DNA of 64,000 nt from Legionellales bacterium (GCA_047404175.1 JBDOIW010000036.1:4351-68350); one strand, 5' to 3'. Shown: positions 39,994-50,781, counted from the first letter of the stretch. The notes: a model not told the origin generated them from the letters alone. Made by a program: numbers and translations.

Positions 39994-41631
39994 CTACGAT
40001 TCCTTGATTGTGTCATCAATGATTTTGCCGCCCATTTCTTCAACAATGGCTGTTGCCATGGGAGCTTGCATAAGCGTTTGCTTTTGCGCGTTAAGTTTGT
40101 CTTGCTTTGTTTTTTCTTTGCGCTCTAATGGTGATGATGTCTGAGCTTCATCAAAGCGTAAGTGCACAGTTTTAACACCATCAAGTGATTGGGTAATAGC
40201 TTGACGAATACTGTCTTGCTGAGGTGGTGTCAACATAGATTCAAGGTTTGGTGGTAAGATAAGAGTAAGCTCAGGGGGAGTGCAGCTGGCAACAGTGCTC
40301 TGTTGAATGAGAGAGCCTGAAAGTCCCTTTAACGGTAGTTGAGCCACAATGGTATGCCAGTTGGCTTGTAGAGTGTCTGGTTGATACGCAATAGTATTAT
40401 TTGGTTCCGATGTTTGCTTGCTTGGCTCTGGGGCTTTTGGTTTTGTTGTTTTAGATGGAGCTTGTGAGGCTGCATTGGAGCTTGATGAGGGAGTGGTTTT
40501 ATTTTCATTGCTGATGGTGCTTTGGTTCACTTGCGTTGACGTTGAGGTGTTGCTACTGAGTGCAATCATCCTTAGCATGGTCATTTCAAATGAAAGAACG
40601 GCATCTGGGGCATATTGCATGTCTTTACGCCCCATAAGAGCGATTTGATAATACAACTGTAGTGTTTCTGGTGATACTTGATTGATGAGTTGCTGAAGTG
40701 CTGATTCATTGATGACTGCATCACATGGATAATCTGGAATAGCCTGGCGCATAGCAGCAGTGTGACATAGGCCAATAAAAGCATCAAGCAAAGCATCTGT
40801 GCGCGCACCTTCTTTTAAGATATTTTGAATAATTTCCATTAAGGCTTGAGCTTGATTGTTGATGATTGCTTTGAGCATCTCTAGTAAGGGTTCTTGTGAT
40901 GCAATGCCAAGCATGTGACTTACAGCATCCAAACTAACCGTTTTATTACTATAGGCAATAGCTTGATCAGTTAAACTTAATGCATCACGCATGCTACCGT
41001 TGGCCGCTTTGGCAAGAAGCATCAGCGCGCTATCTTCAAAGGTGATTTTTTCTTGTTGTAAAATATGGCTTAGTTGACCTGTGATTTCATTAGTGCTCAA
41101 GGCGCTTAGCTTGAGTTGAATGCAGCGCGAGATCACCGTAGGTGGAATTTTCTGAGGGTCAGTGGTTGCAAGGATAAACAAGCAATGACTTGGAGGCTCT
41201 TCCAATGTTTTTAGCAGTGCATTAAAGCTGTGGTTGGAGAGCATGTGCACTTCGTCAATAAGATAAACTTTGTAGCGACCTTGGTTTGGGGCGTACTGCA
41301 CATTATCGAGTAGCTCACGTGTGTCTTCTACTTTTGTCTTGGAGGCGGCGTCTATTTCGATGAGATCAAGAAAACGATTATTGTTAATTTGCTCACAGGC
41401 AGAACATGTTTCGCAAGGACTTGCAGTTTGACCTGATTCACAATTGAGGCATTTTGCTAGAATTCTGGCAATGGTTGTTTTGCCAACGCCCCGAGTACCT
41501 GTGAGTAGGTAAGCATGATGAAGGCGATTTTGGCTAATGGCATTGCTTAAGGCTTTAACTACCACACTTTGACCCACTAAAGTTTCAAAGCTTTTAGGAC
41601 GATATAGACGGGCAAGTACGCGAGAGTTCAT
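39994..41631 (-). CDS. dnaX: DNA polymerase III subunit gamma/tau
   Basis: VLARLYRP, GTRGVGKTT, DEVHMLS, NALLKTLEEPP, SRC; start moved to 41631 because the longer ORF overlaps ffs. Confidence 0.98.
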   Translation of the reverse strand: MNSRVLARLYRPKSFETLVGQSVVVKALSNAISQNRLHHAYLLTGTRGVGKTTIARILAKCLNCESGQTASPCETCSACEQINNNRFLDLIEIDAASKTKVEDTRELLDNVQYAPNQGRYKVYLIDEVHMLSNHSFNALLKTLEEPPSHCLFILATTDPQKIPPTVISRCIQLKLSALSTNEITGQLSHILQQEKITFEDSALMLLAKAANGSMRDALSLTDQAIAYSNKTVSLDAVSHMLGIASQEPLLEMLKAIINNQAQALMEIIQNILKEGARTDALLDAFIGLCHTAAMRQAIPDYPCDAVINESALQQLINQVSPETLQLYYQIALMGRKDMQYAPDAVLSFEMTMLRMIALSSNTSTSTQVNQSTISNENKTTPSSSSNAASQAPSKTTKPKAPEPSKQTSEPNNTIAYQPDTLQANWHTIVAQLPLKGLSGSLIQQSTVASCTPPELTLILPPNLESMLTPPQQDSIRQAITQSLDGVKTVHLRFDEAQTSSPLERKEKTKQDKLNAQKQTLMQAPMATAIVEEMGGKIIDDTIKES

Positions 41632-41648
41632 GATTATAATCCACAAAA

Positions 41649-41762
41649 TGGTGGCAGCTTTACCCACCAGAGTCTACCACTTGTTTCTCTGTTGCCGCTG
41701 CTCCCTTCCGGGCCTGACGGGGTTGGCAGATTAACAATGGTAGGAAGCAGATAAAGCTACCA
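41649..41762 (-). ncRNA. ffs: SRP RNA (4.5S)
   Basis: Minus strand has helix-8 TCAGGCCCGGAAGGGAGCAGC; terminal stem GGTAGCTTTA/TAAAGCTGCC; upstream of dnaX. Confidence 0.93.
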
Positions 41763-41773
41763 TGACAATGCAG

Positions 41774-41803
41774 ATTATAGCAGTTTTACCTCTGAGATGG
41801 CAA
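41774..41803 (-). promoter_or_regulatory. Putative sigma70 promoter of ffs-dnaX
   Basis: TTGCCA-18 bp-TATAAT on the minus strand. Confidence 0.65.
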
Positions 41804-41882
41804 GTCTCTGAATAAGCCATGGGTATTGACAAATAATTATTGTCATCGATAATGAATACAAATTGGAATAATAGTTTGTATT

Positions 41883-43619
41883 TTGTTTTTTGCTGAGACT
41901 TTAAAAAAAATAAGAACTATGACGACACGTCGTCAAAAGTATGCTTGGATTATCATACTCGTGGCAGCTACTGTGTCATCACTCTTTGAGGTTATCTCTG
42001 CATTCTCTGTGGCTGGTTTTGTTCAGGTTGTGCACCATACAGACAAAGTTCGTAGCATAATGATCTCGTATGCCGGGTTGAATTGGACTGACTATGAGAT
42101 CATTTTGATGTCTTGTTTAGTGTGTGCCTTCACTTATGTTTTTAAAAACTTTGTTATTGCTGGTGAAGTTCATTTGCAAAGTAAAATTATTCAGCAAATG
42201 TGCTCGAGTTTTCGTGCTAAGCTCCTGCATACTTTTAGCAGTTATTCTTATCAAAAGTATATCCAAAAAGGTGCAGCTAGCTACCTTCAGGTGTTTAATG
42301 CAGATATAGATAAAATGTTTGTTGTTGGGATCACTTCATTAGCCTCTATTTTATCAGAGTTTACAGTTGTGATTTTTTTAAGCTTGTTTTTGTTTTTTCT
42401 GAATGCAAAGTTGGCAAGCTTGATTTTGTCAGTACTCGTGATCGTTGGGTTTTTATTTTCTAGGTTTCTTCTACCTTACTTCCTTAATTATGGCAAGCAG
42501 CTTCGTTCTGTTGGAGTGCGGCAAACAGAGGTGCTTCACACTTTTTTTCATGGTTACAAAGATGTGATAGTTCGGGGTATAACAGAAGACTTTGTAAAAG
42601 ATTACTTTTCCTCAGATCGTTATCGTGCAAAAGCTATAACATGGCAAAATACCTTTAATGTGGTACCTCGTTTAATTCTAGAAAGTGTATTTATGCTCAC
42701 TTTCGTTATGATTGTGTGGTGTATGATCGTCGAACATGCTCCAATCTCAGAAATTATTACTACGCTTGGAGCCTATCTGTATATTGGCTTTAGGATGATG
42801 CCAGGTATTAATCGTCTTATGAATTATTCTAGTAACATTAAGACGGCAACACCTTCGATTGATCGGGTTCATGATCTGTATAACTCTTTATGTCGTGATG
42901 ATCATTATCTTGATACTAAGGATTTTGCTTTTACACATTGCATCACTTTTAAAGACTGCTGTTTTGCCTATGCTGGTGAGAAACATGTTTCGCTTTCTAA
43001 TATTGATTTAGTGATTAATAAAGGACAAAGGGTCGGAATAATGGGGCATACTGGTGCTGGTAAATCAACACTTATTGATCTTTTGCTTGGTATACTTAAG
43101 CCTACAAGTGGGTCTGTATTGGTTGATGGTCACTATCATGCTCATAGTAAACAATGGCAGCAATATTTTGGACTGGTATCTCAAAATGTTTTTCTGCTGC
43201 CGGGGTCTATCCGTGATAACATTTTATTTGGTCATGAACCACACGATCAAGGGGACGAGTATTTGTGGAATGTTCTTAAACAAGTACGCTTAGATGATTT
43301 TGTTGCATCTAAACCTACGGGGCTTGATACTATTGTAGGTGAAAACGGTGTATTTTTATCGGGCGGAGAGAAACAGCGAATTGCTATCGCAAGAGCTTTA
43401 TATGGTACTCCACAAATTATCTTGTTTGATGAAGCAACTTCTGCACTTGATAATGAGACGGAGGTGGCCATAATGGATATGTTACAGGATATTTGCGAAG
43501 GCATGACTGTTATTATGATTGCACATCGCCTGACAACATTAAAATCTTGTGACACGGTTATTAAGCTTGAATCAGGTCGCATTGTCGCCAAAGGAAGCTA
43601 CAAGGAGCTTTGTCTATGA
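41883..43619 (+). CDS. ABC transporter, fused TMD-NBD (PglK/MsbA-like glycan flippase)
   Basis: Six-TM domain, GHTGAGKS, LSGGEKQR, DEATSALD; in a glycosyltransferase cluster. Confidence 0.9.
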   Translation: MFFAETLKKIRTMTTRRQKYAWIIILVAATVSSLFEVISAFSVAGFVQVVHHTDKVRSIMISYAGLNWTDYEIILMSCLVCAFTYVFKNFVIAGEVHLQSKIIQQMCSSFRAKLLHTFSSYSYQKYIQKGAASYLQVFNADIDKMFVVGITSLASILSEFTVVIFLSLFLFFLNAKLASLILSVLVIVGFLFSRFLLPYFLNYGKQLRSVGVRQTEVLHTFFHGYKDVIVRGITEDFVKDYFSSDRYRAKAITWQNTFNVVPRLILESVFMLTFVMIVWCMIVEHAPISEIITTLGAYLYIGFRMMPGINRLMNYSSNIKTATPSIDRVHDLYNSLCRDDHYLDTKDFAFTHCITFKDCCFAYAGEKHVSLSNIDLVINKGQRVGIMGHTGAGKSTLIDLLLGILKPTSGSVLVDGHYHAHSKQWQQYFGLVSQNVFLLPGSIRDNILFGHEPHDQGDEYLWNVLKQVRLDDFVASKPTGLDTIVGENGVFLSGGEKQRIAIARALYGTPQIILFDEATSALDNETEVAIMDMLQDICEGMTVIMIAHRLTTLKSCDTVIKLESGRIVAKGSYKELCL

Positions 43620-44650
43620 AAGATAAAAAAAATATAGCAGTGATTGGCTGCGGATACTGGGGTAAAAATCTTGTCCGAAATATAGCTGAGTTGGGCCATC
43701 TTTACGCTGTATGTGATCATGATAGTAAGCAGGCTGAAGGATTTGCTGAACAATATCATTGTTTGAATATGACTTATGAACAAATTTTGTCATCCAGTGA
43801 TATTGATGGTGTCATGATTGCTTCACCCGCTGAAATGCATTTTAATATGGCTGCTGACTGTTTAAGATCAGGGAAACATGTTTTTGTAGAGAAGCCCTTA
43901 TCACTTAATATTGCGGATGGTCAAGCCTTACTCAAGTTGGCTAAACAATCACGGACTAAACTCATGGTTGGACATCTACTTCAATATCATCCTGCCTACA
44001 TAGAAGCAAAACGTATCGTGCTTTCTGGTGAGCTTGGAAAGCTACACTATGTGTATTCTAATCGTTTAAGTTTAGGAAAATTTCGTCAGGAAGAAAATAG
44101 CTTATGGAGTTTTGCTCCCCATGATATTTCAATGATACTCGGCATGATCAATCAGCCCCTTCTATCGGTTTATGCTACAGGTTCATGTCACTTGCATCCT
44201 AATATTGAGGATATTACTACAACTCATCTGAAATTTGAGGGTGGCGTTGAGGCTCATATTCACGTGTCATGGTTGCATCCTGTTAAAGAGCAAAAGCTTG
44301 TTATCATCGCGGATAAAGGCATGCTTGTATTCGACGATAGCCAGGATTGGCAGAGTAAACTACAGATTTATGCCCACAAGATTATGTGGGATGGTGGAAA
44401 GCCTAGCCCTCAAAAAGCACAAGGGTCTGCCATTACTATTAATCCCTGTGAGCCTTTGCGAATTGAGTGTGAGCACTTTATTTCATGCATTACTTCTGAT
44501 AAACTTCCTCGAACAGATGGTGCTGAGGGTCTGAGCGTTCTACGTGTATTGCAAGCTGCGCAACTCTCCATTAAGAAGCAAGGCGTTATCTGTCCTGAAA
44601 CCATGAAGACGGTAGTAAAATCTTGTGATCGGGTTATGGAAGTAGTCTAA
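43616..44650 (+). CDS. Gfo/Idh/MocA oxidoreductase, WbpB/WlbA-like sugar 3-dehydrogenase
   Basis: IGCGYWG, VEKP, SFAPHD; next to a DegT aminotransferase. Confidence 0.85.
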   Translation: MKDKKNIAVIGCGYWGKNLVRNIAELGHLYAVCDHDSKQAEGFAEQYHCLNMTYEQILSSSDIDGVMIASPAEMHFNMAADCLRSGKHVFVEKPLSLNIADGQALLKLAKQSRTKLMVGHLLQYHPAYIEAKRIVLSGELGKLHYVYSNRLSLGKFRQEENSLWSFAPHDISMILGMINQPLLSVYATGSCHLHPNIEDITTTHLKFEGGVEAHIHVSWLHPVKEQKLVIIADKGMLVFDDSQDWQSKLQIYAHKIMWDGGKPSPQKAQGSAITINPCEPLRIECEHFISCITSDKLPRTDGAEGLSVLRVLQAAQLSIKKQGVICPETMKTVVKSCDRVMEVV

Positions 44651-44672
44651 ATAATTTTAAAAAGGATTATTC

Positions 44673-45821
44673 ATGGTTGTAAAAGAAAAACAACAAATTC
44701 AATTTATTGATTTGGTTCAACAACAGTCTTTGATTCGTCAGCCTATAGAAAAAGCAATTCACAAAGTGTTAGATCATGGACAGTATATCATGGGTCCAGA
44801 AGTTACAGAGCTTGAAGAGAAACTTGCGGCATACACAAATGCGAAGCATGTTATTACATGTTCTAGTGGGACAGATGCCTTGCTTATGGCACTTATGGCA
44901 TATGGTGTGGGGCCAGGTGACGCGGTACTAGTTCCTGCTTTTACCTTTCCTGCAACACCTGAAGTGGTTGCTTTATTAGGTGCTACCCCCGTTTTTGTTG
45001 ATGTAGATATGGATACATTTAATATCTCTATGGACTCTGTCATGGAGGGCATTGCTTACTGTAAAAACCATCACATAAATTTACGCGGCATTATGGCAGT
45101 CGATCTATATGGGCTTCCAGCAGATTATGACGCGCTTAACCAGATTGCCTCTGAACACAATTTGTGGGTCGTAGGGGATGCCGCTCAAAGTTTTGGTGGT
45201 GAGTATAAAGGAAAAAAAGTCGGTACACTTGCAAATATTACCGCAACAAGTTTTTTTCCAGCTAAGCCTCTTGGATGTTACGGAGATGGCGGCGCTGTTT
45301 TCACGGATAACGATGATTTGGCACATTGTATGCGATCCATTCGTGTTCATGGAAAAGGTGAACATAAATACGATAACGTAAGAGTTGGCATCAATGGTCG
45401 TCTTGATACGATTCAGGCTGCTATTCTTTTGGAAAAACTTAAAATCTATCCTCAGGAATTACAAAAAAAACAGCAGTTGGCAGGATATTACAATGAAATA
45501 TTGGGCTCATTGTGCATGACCCCAAGTATTCCGCCTTATTGTCAAAGTGCCTGGGCACAATATACTATTACATTACATAACCATATTGATCGTTGTGCAC
45601 TGCAAAAATATCTTAAAGATCAAGATATTCCTACTATGGTTTACTATCCTAAGCCTCTCCATCACCAAAAGGCTTACGAAGCCTATCCTGCTGTTAGCAG
45701 CTTGATTTATTCTGAGCGACTTTGTGTAAGTGTTTTGAGTTTGCCTATGCATGCTTATCTTTTAGAAAACTATAAAAATAAGTTACTAGCAATTCAGGCC
45801 GGTCTTATTGCCTATGTGTAG
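44673..45821 (+). CDS. DegT/DnrJ aminotransferase, WbpE/WlbC-like
   Basis: SSGTDAL, DAAQSFG, SFFPAKPLGCYGDGG, NGRLDTIQAA. Confidence 0.92.
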   Translation: MVVKEKQQIQFIDLVQQQSLIRQPIEKAIHKVLDHGQYIMGPEVTELEEKLAAYTNAKHVITCSSGTDALLMALMAYGVGPGDAVLVPAFTFPATPEVVALLGATPVFVDVDMDTFNISMDSVMEGIAYCKNHHINLRGIMAVDLYGLPADYDALNQIASEHNLWVVGDAAQSFGGEYKGKKVGTLANITATSFFPAKPLGCYGDGGAVFTDNDDLAHCMRSIRVHGKGEHKYDNVRVGINGRLDTIQAAILLEKLKIYPQELQKKQQLAGYYNEILGSLCMTPSIPPYCQSAWAQYTITLHNHIDRCALQKYLKDQDIPTMVYYPKPLHHQKAYEAYPAVSSLIYSERLCVSVLSLPMHAYLLENYKNKLLAIQAGLIAYV

Positions 45822-46983
45822 TAAGAAAGTCATGATGCTGATTTACACACGCCTTAGTGATCAGCAAACAAGAGTAATAAAGCAGGCATTAACAATTAAG
45901 TCCTTGGGATACAAGGTATGCGTCCTTGATAATGGTAACTCCACGAATCCTACTGTATCTTATGATATTGAATATATTCGTGTGTTAAAAAATGCTAAAA
46001 AGAGTTTTTCTAAGACTACTAGGTTTGTGGCGAGGATCGTATCTTATTTAGTTTTTCAGCCTTATAGCTTGATTATGTACTACTTTTCGTGTTGGTCATA
46101 CTTTAAAAAAAATATTGATATAGTGCATTGTTTTAGAGTAAATACGCTACCATTGGCTATGTTAGTAAAATTATTTTATGGCGTGAAAGTAGTTTATGAT
46201 GCAAGAGAGTTTGAAATGAGTGCTTTTGGCTTATCACCTTTTCAGCGGTGGTTTGCTTACAAAACTGAGAAGTTACTTTTGCCCTACGTAGATCATGTGA
46301 CAACATTAAGTGACCGTCTTTCGACTGTTTATGCAAGACTTTATCGTATAAAAAGACCTAGTGTGATTTGGAATTGTTCATGGTTGCCTAGTCATAATTC
46401 TTTTAATTTATTTCGGGAAAAATTTTGTATTGAAAAGGATTCGCTTATTTTTCTTTATAATGGGCGACTGTCTGAAGGAAGGTGCATTAGTTTTTTGCTT
46501 GATGTGTTCTCCAAGCTAGATAAACGTCATGTGATTGTTTTTTTGGGTTATGGGCCACTGGTTGATACAGTTGAAAGTTTTGCACAACGTTTCGATAATA
46601 TTTTCTACCATCCAGCGGTTAAAACCAGCGAGCTCTACCAGTATACAGCTTCTGCAGATTTAGGTTTATGTCTCATAGAGCATTGCTGCAAAAGCTATAC
46701 TTACTGCGTGCCCAACAAATTTTTTGAGTACTGCTCTGCTGGTTTGCCAGTCATAATTTGTCAATTGCCTGATATCAAGAGATTTTTGGATCAATTTCAA
46801 AACGGTTTAGAGCTTGATGATATCTCATTTGAATCATTTAAAAGCATGCTTGATAAACTAAGTCTTGATCAAATAAAATCAATGGGTGAAGCAAGTTTGA
46901 GGTTGTCTCAAAAGTATAATTGGGAGAGCAATCAAAAAGTATTGATAAACATCTACCACTCTATGGCTAATATTAGTGATTAA
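45808..46983 (+). CDS. Glycosyltransferase, GT4-like
   Basis: YDARE, YNGRLS.GR, PNKFFEY..AGLPVI. Confidence 0.88.
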   Translation: MPMCSKKVMMLIYTRLSDQQTRVIKQALTIKSLGYKVCVLDNGNSTNPTVSYDIEYIRVLKNAKKSFSKTTRFVARIVSYLVFQPYSLIMYYFSCWSYFKKNIDIVHCFRVNTLPLAMLVKLFYGVKVVYDAREFEMSAFGLSPFQRWFAYKTEKLLLPYVDHVTTLSDRLSTVYARLYRIKRPSVIWNCSWLPSHNSFNLFREKFCIEKDSLIFLYNGRLSEGRCISFLLDVFSKLDKRHVIVFLGYGPLVDTVESFAQRFDNIFYHPAVKTSELYQYTASADLGLCLIEHCCKSYTYCVPNKFFEYCSAGLPVIICQLPDIKRFLDQFQNGLELDDISFESFKSMLDKLSLDQIKSMGEASLRLSQKYNWESNQKVLINIYHSMANISD

Positions 46984-48175
46984 AGACAAAACTAAAGTAA
47001 CATTTATTAGTCCTTATCCTTCTACTTTGCACGATAGCCGAATTAGTAAACAGGCTGCTTCTTTAAACAAACAAGGTTACGATGTTGTTGTTTTGTGTGC
47101 TAGTGAGGCAAAAGTTGTTAGACAAGAAGAAAGGAGCGATTTTAAGGTTTACCAATTACCTTCCAGAACTGCATCATGCTTTTTGGCCCCGATTATTGAA
47201 TTTCTGAGCACTAAAGCTGTTGCTAGTCCAGCTGTTTGGGCGCTTAAGTTTTTTGCTCGTGCCTTCAATGCCATTGAATACTTTTTTCATTGCTTAAAGT
47301 TTTATAGAAAAACACAGGTAGTTCATTGTCATCGCGCTCAAACTCTTTATATTGGCGTATTGTTAAGAATTATTAGTTTGGGCACGAAAAAACTTATTTA
47401 TGATGCTAGGGAATATGAATCAGATGTCTCGTATCATAGCTCATTCGAGAATAGATTGAATAGTTTGGTTGAAGCTATTGCGTTCAAATTTACTAATAAG
47501 GTTATTACAGTAAGTCCCGCAATTGCTCAAGCCTATGTAAAAAAATATTCGATTATCAAGCCTACGGTTATTATGAACTGTCCAAAACAAGTGATGTTGC
47601 AAAAAAAATCTGATAATTTTAGACATCTCTTTAATTTAACAAAAGATCAGAGGGTTTATCTCTACCAAGGACGCTTATCTTATGGACGAGGTATTGATTA
47701 TGTCTTGAAAACATTTGAGAGCCTTACAAGTAAAGATGTTGTTGTGTTTATGGGTGATGGTCCATTGACCGAAAAAGTGCAGTTGGCAGCTAAAGTTTAC
47801 GCAAATATTTTTTACCATCCGCCCGTATTACCTGAAGAGCTTATTCAAGTTGCATCATCAGCTGATATTGGATTATGTTTGATAGAGCCTGTTTCCCAAA
47901 GCTATGAGATGTGCCTGCCAAATAAGTATTTCGAGTATTCTATGTCTTTGCTTCCCATTATCGTTTCTAATCGTATCGAGTTAAGTCGCTTTGTCTCTGA
48001 TCATAAAAATGGTTTGATCGTCAATCTTGAAAATGAGGATGACCTAATGAATAGAGTACTTCAGATCAGTGATTCTGATATAGCCATGATGTCTAGTGCC
48101 AGTCAATGCTTAGCAAAAGAATATCACTGGGAAGCTGAGGCAGAAAAATTACTTGATGTGTACTCGATATATTAG
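46976..48175 (+). CDS. Glycosyltransferase, GT4-like, paralog of the preceding gene
   Basis: YDAREYE, YQGRLSYGRG, PNKYFEY. Confidence 0.88.
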   Translation: MIKDKTKVTFISPYPSTLHDSRISKQAASLNKQGYDVVVLCASEAKVVRQEERSDFKVYQLPSRTASCFLAPIIEFLSTKAVASPAVWALKFFARAFNAIEYFFHCLKFYRKTQVVHCHRAQTLYIGVLLRIISLGTKKLIYDAREYESDVSYHSSFENRLNSLVEAIAFKFTNKVITVSPAIAQAYVKKYSIIKPTVIMNCPKQVMLQKKSDNFRHLFNLTKDQRVYLYQGRLSYGRGIDYVLKTFESLTSKDVVVFMGDGPLTEKVQLAAKVYANIFYHPPVLPEELIQVASSADIGLCLIEPVSQSYEMCLPNKYFEYSMSLLPIIVSNRIELSRFVSDHKNGLIVNLENEDDLMNRVLQISDSDIAMMSSASQCLAKEYHWEAEAEKLLDVYSIY

Positions 48176-48837
48176 CTGATGGTTGCTTTCCATTCGTCAA
48201 AACGATCTATCATGATTTTTTCTTTGTCTGCTGGCATTCTCATGTTTGCAGGTTGTTCATTGTAGGAAGAGATATAGTTATTTTGAAGATAGTTTGGAAA
48301 ATTAAGCATAAGCTCAAGTTCGATTTGGTAATGTCGCCTTGCTAATGTTTCATAGGTATCACTAGAAAAAACTGGTGTTTTTTCTATGGTTAATATTTTT
48401 CCTTTATCCACTTCTTGGTCAATCAAGTGAAGTGTCACCCCTAATGCATGCTGGTGATAAATACTCCATTTAAAGGCGTCAAGTCCACGAACTAATGGTA
48501 TGATTCCAGGGTGTGTATTGACGATAGGAACATCTCCAAATAGAGTAGGGTCAATAATACCTGCACCAGTAATGAGTACAACATCATGGGAGTGCTCGAC
48601 CCTATGCTTGCCATCCCAGGGTTTTAACTCTAGTTTCATGATGTTGGCTAGGTCATGCATATCAATGGATTGAGTTTGATCAGGGCGATGTGGGTAAGAA
48701 ATATGACGTTTTTTACGAGCAACAAAAGGTAATGCATACATTGTTATCCGACATGAAGGGTAGCGATTGAGAAGGCCTAGAACAATTTGTTCTGTTTTGA
48801 GGTGAGGAGTATTGTATGTAATGATACCGATGTCCAT
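48172..48837 (-). CDS. Formyltransferase-family protein (PurN/Fmt fold)
   Basis: NTHPGIIPLVRG and GVTLHLID.EVDKG motifs. Confidence 0.82.
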   Translation of the reverse strand: MDIGIITYNTPHLKTEQIVLGLLNRYPSCRITMYALPFVARKKRHISYPHRPDQTQSIDMHDLANIMKLELKPWDGKHRVEHSHDVVLITGAGIIDPTLFGDVPIVNTHPGIIPLVRGLDAFKWSIYHQHALGVTLHLIDQEVDKGKILTIEKTPVFSSDTYETLARRHYQIELELMLNFPNYLQNNYISSYNEQPANMRMPADKEKIMIDRFDEWKATIS

Positions 48838-48929
48838 AACTGAGATGCCTTTTATTTAAAAACAGATTGTTTTTTATGTTAGGATTTATAGTGTAATATA
48901 TCAACTAGGTATAGTATACAACTCTTATT

Positions 48930-50069
48930 ATGAAAATTGCCTATGTTAACTATCTTGCTTCTATATCAAGCCTTCCTGGTGTGGCAGCTGCAATAGAGGC
49001 TCGCTACGAGGCTGTTGAAAGTCGTGGTCTTCCTATTGATTTTTTTATTGTTACCTCTGAAGCTTACCAGGACAATAGGTTCTCTGTTATCAGACTTGAT
49101 CAGAACTTAGTAGGTATGGCAAGACAAAAATCTTTGGTCAAGAGTCTTCAAAACATTGGTAAGCAATATGACGTCATAATTCTCCGTAAATTATCTTACT
49201 CACCTTGGTTGCTTTATTTTTTGCGTAAGACAAAGGTAAAAATTATTATGGAACACCATACGATGGTGCTACCTGAGTTATGGCTCACTCAACAATATCT
49301 TGCATGGATAAGCGAGCTATCTTTGTCACGTTGGTGTCAGCGTTATATGAGTGGTCATATTGCTTTAACAAACGAAATTGCAAGATCTGAGGTTGTTGGT
49401 CAAAAACCAACTCGTGTTATTGCTAATGGATTAAGCTTCAACAGTACATATGGTTCAGATTGTATAAGAAAGCCCTCTGGAGCTAGTATCAATATTCTTT
49501 TTGCATTAAGTCAGCCCTTGCCTTGGCATGGTGTTGAAAGGTTGATAATGAGTTTATATCATTATAAAGGACAAAAAAATATCAATGTTCATTTTGCTGG
49601 CAATATAAGTGCTAAGGATATTGATTCTACTTATTTGACTAGGCTTCCCAGGGCAGTGTCACTTATATTCCATGATCTACTTTCAACAGCTGATCTGTCA
49701 AAATTAGCACAGAAATGTGATTTGGGCGTTGCGACACTCGCCTTACATAAAAAACATATGAGCGAAGCTTGTAGCCTTAAAACTCGCTTTTATCTCAATG
49801 AGCGTCTACCCTTTATTTACGCCTATGATGATCCTGATTTTTCTCACGATGAAATCTTTTGTGCACGTTATCCTAATGATGATAGTTTGATTAACCTAGA
49901 CGAGGCGGTTGGTTTTGTAGAAAAAACGCAAAAAAATGTCTTTGCGGTGGATAAAGCAATGCGGTCAAAATCAAAAGCTATCGCGTTAGATAAAAAAATG
50001 CAATGTTATTACGAGTTTGCATCTAGCGTTTTTCAGTCATCAGTCACCGAAGAAGTCATAGCTACTTAA
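48930..50069 (+). CDS. Glycosyltransferase, GT-B fold
   Basis: PWHGVERL, DLGVATLALH, SLKTRFY...LPFI. Confidence 0.75.
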   Translation: MKIAYVNYLASISSLPGVAAAIEARYEAVESRGLPIDFFIVTSEAYQDNRFSVIRLDQNLVGMARQKSLVKSLQNIGKQYDVIILRKLSYSPWLLYFLRKTKVKIIMEHHTMVLPELWLTQQYLAWISELSLSRWCQRYMSGHIALTNEIARSEVVGQKPTRVIANGLSFNSTYGSDCIRKPSGASINILFALSQPLPWHGVERLIMSLYHYKGQKNINVHFAGNISAKDIDSTYLTRLPRAVSLIFHDLLSTADLSKLAQKCDLGVATLALHKKHMSEACSLKTRFYLNERLPFIYAYDDPDFSHDEIFCARYPNDDSLINLDEAVGFVEKTQKNVFAVDKAMRSKSKAIALDKKMQCYYEFASSVFQSSVTEEVIAT

Positions 50070-50209
50070 TCTAATTCTCGATCTAATCCCTTCAGGCCTA
50101 TGTATTGCAGCTGAGTTTCAATAGCTGAATTTATTTATGCTCACCTAAGCCTAATGCGTGGCTTAGAATCCTTTGAGGAATAGCTCATACAGTAACTAGA
50201 GACTCACGC

Positions 50210-50749
50210 TTAGCTTGGTGATGACTTGATGTTAGTAGCGCCTTCACGTTCATGTGTCTGATTGTGACTTGCGGAAAAAAATGTGTTTGTAGACTGTGAT
50301 TTTGCTAATCTGACAAGTATACCAAATCTTTTTTTTAGCTTTGCTGTCGGAGCAGAAAATGTAAGCGTCCCTGTTTTACTGTTAGCGCTGAAAAGGTGCT
50401 TCCCGTTATAAAATGAATCACAACGCGGGATGTTTGATTCAGGTACGATAACTTTTATACCAAGATAACAGACTAACATCTGAACTGTTCTATCACTAAC
50501 ATGTTGGTCGTCACTTTTTGGACCAGTCGCAGTTTTTATAAGTTCAATAGCGTTCTCTGATGTTGATGTCCATACTTGTTTTTCTTCACTCCAGGTAAAG
50601 TCTTTAAGTAGTTCAGATAATTGTGCATAGATAGGTTTGAATTGAGAAAAAGCCATGTGAAAAAAGGCTTCAGCTGATTTTGGGTTTTTGCGGGCATCAG
50701 CTTGCGCTTTTAGTGTTTCCATTTCTTTTGTTGTTAACTCAGGAATCAT
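50210..50749 (-). CDS. Hypothetical protein
   Basis: 179-aa ORF with its own consensus promoter. Confidence 0.7.
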   Translation of the reverse strand: MIPELTTKEMETLKAQADARKNPKSAEAFFHMAFSQFKPIYAQLSELLKDFTWSEEKQVWTSTSENAIELIKTATGPKSDDQHVSDRTVQMLVCYLGIKVIVPESNIPRCDSFYNGKHLFSANSKTGTLTFSAPTAKLKKRFGILVRLAKSQSTNTFFSASHNQTHEREGATNIKSSPS

Positions 50750-50781
50750 TTATTTAACCTAATTTTGTGTTTTAATGCATA

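Noticed and set aside
39994-41631. Programmed -1 frameshift in dnaX
   Set aside because: No A AAA AAG slippery site with downstream hairpin was spotted by eye
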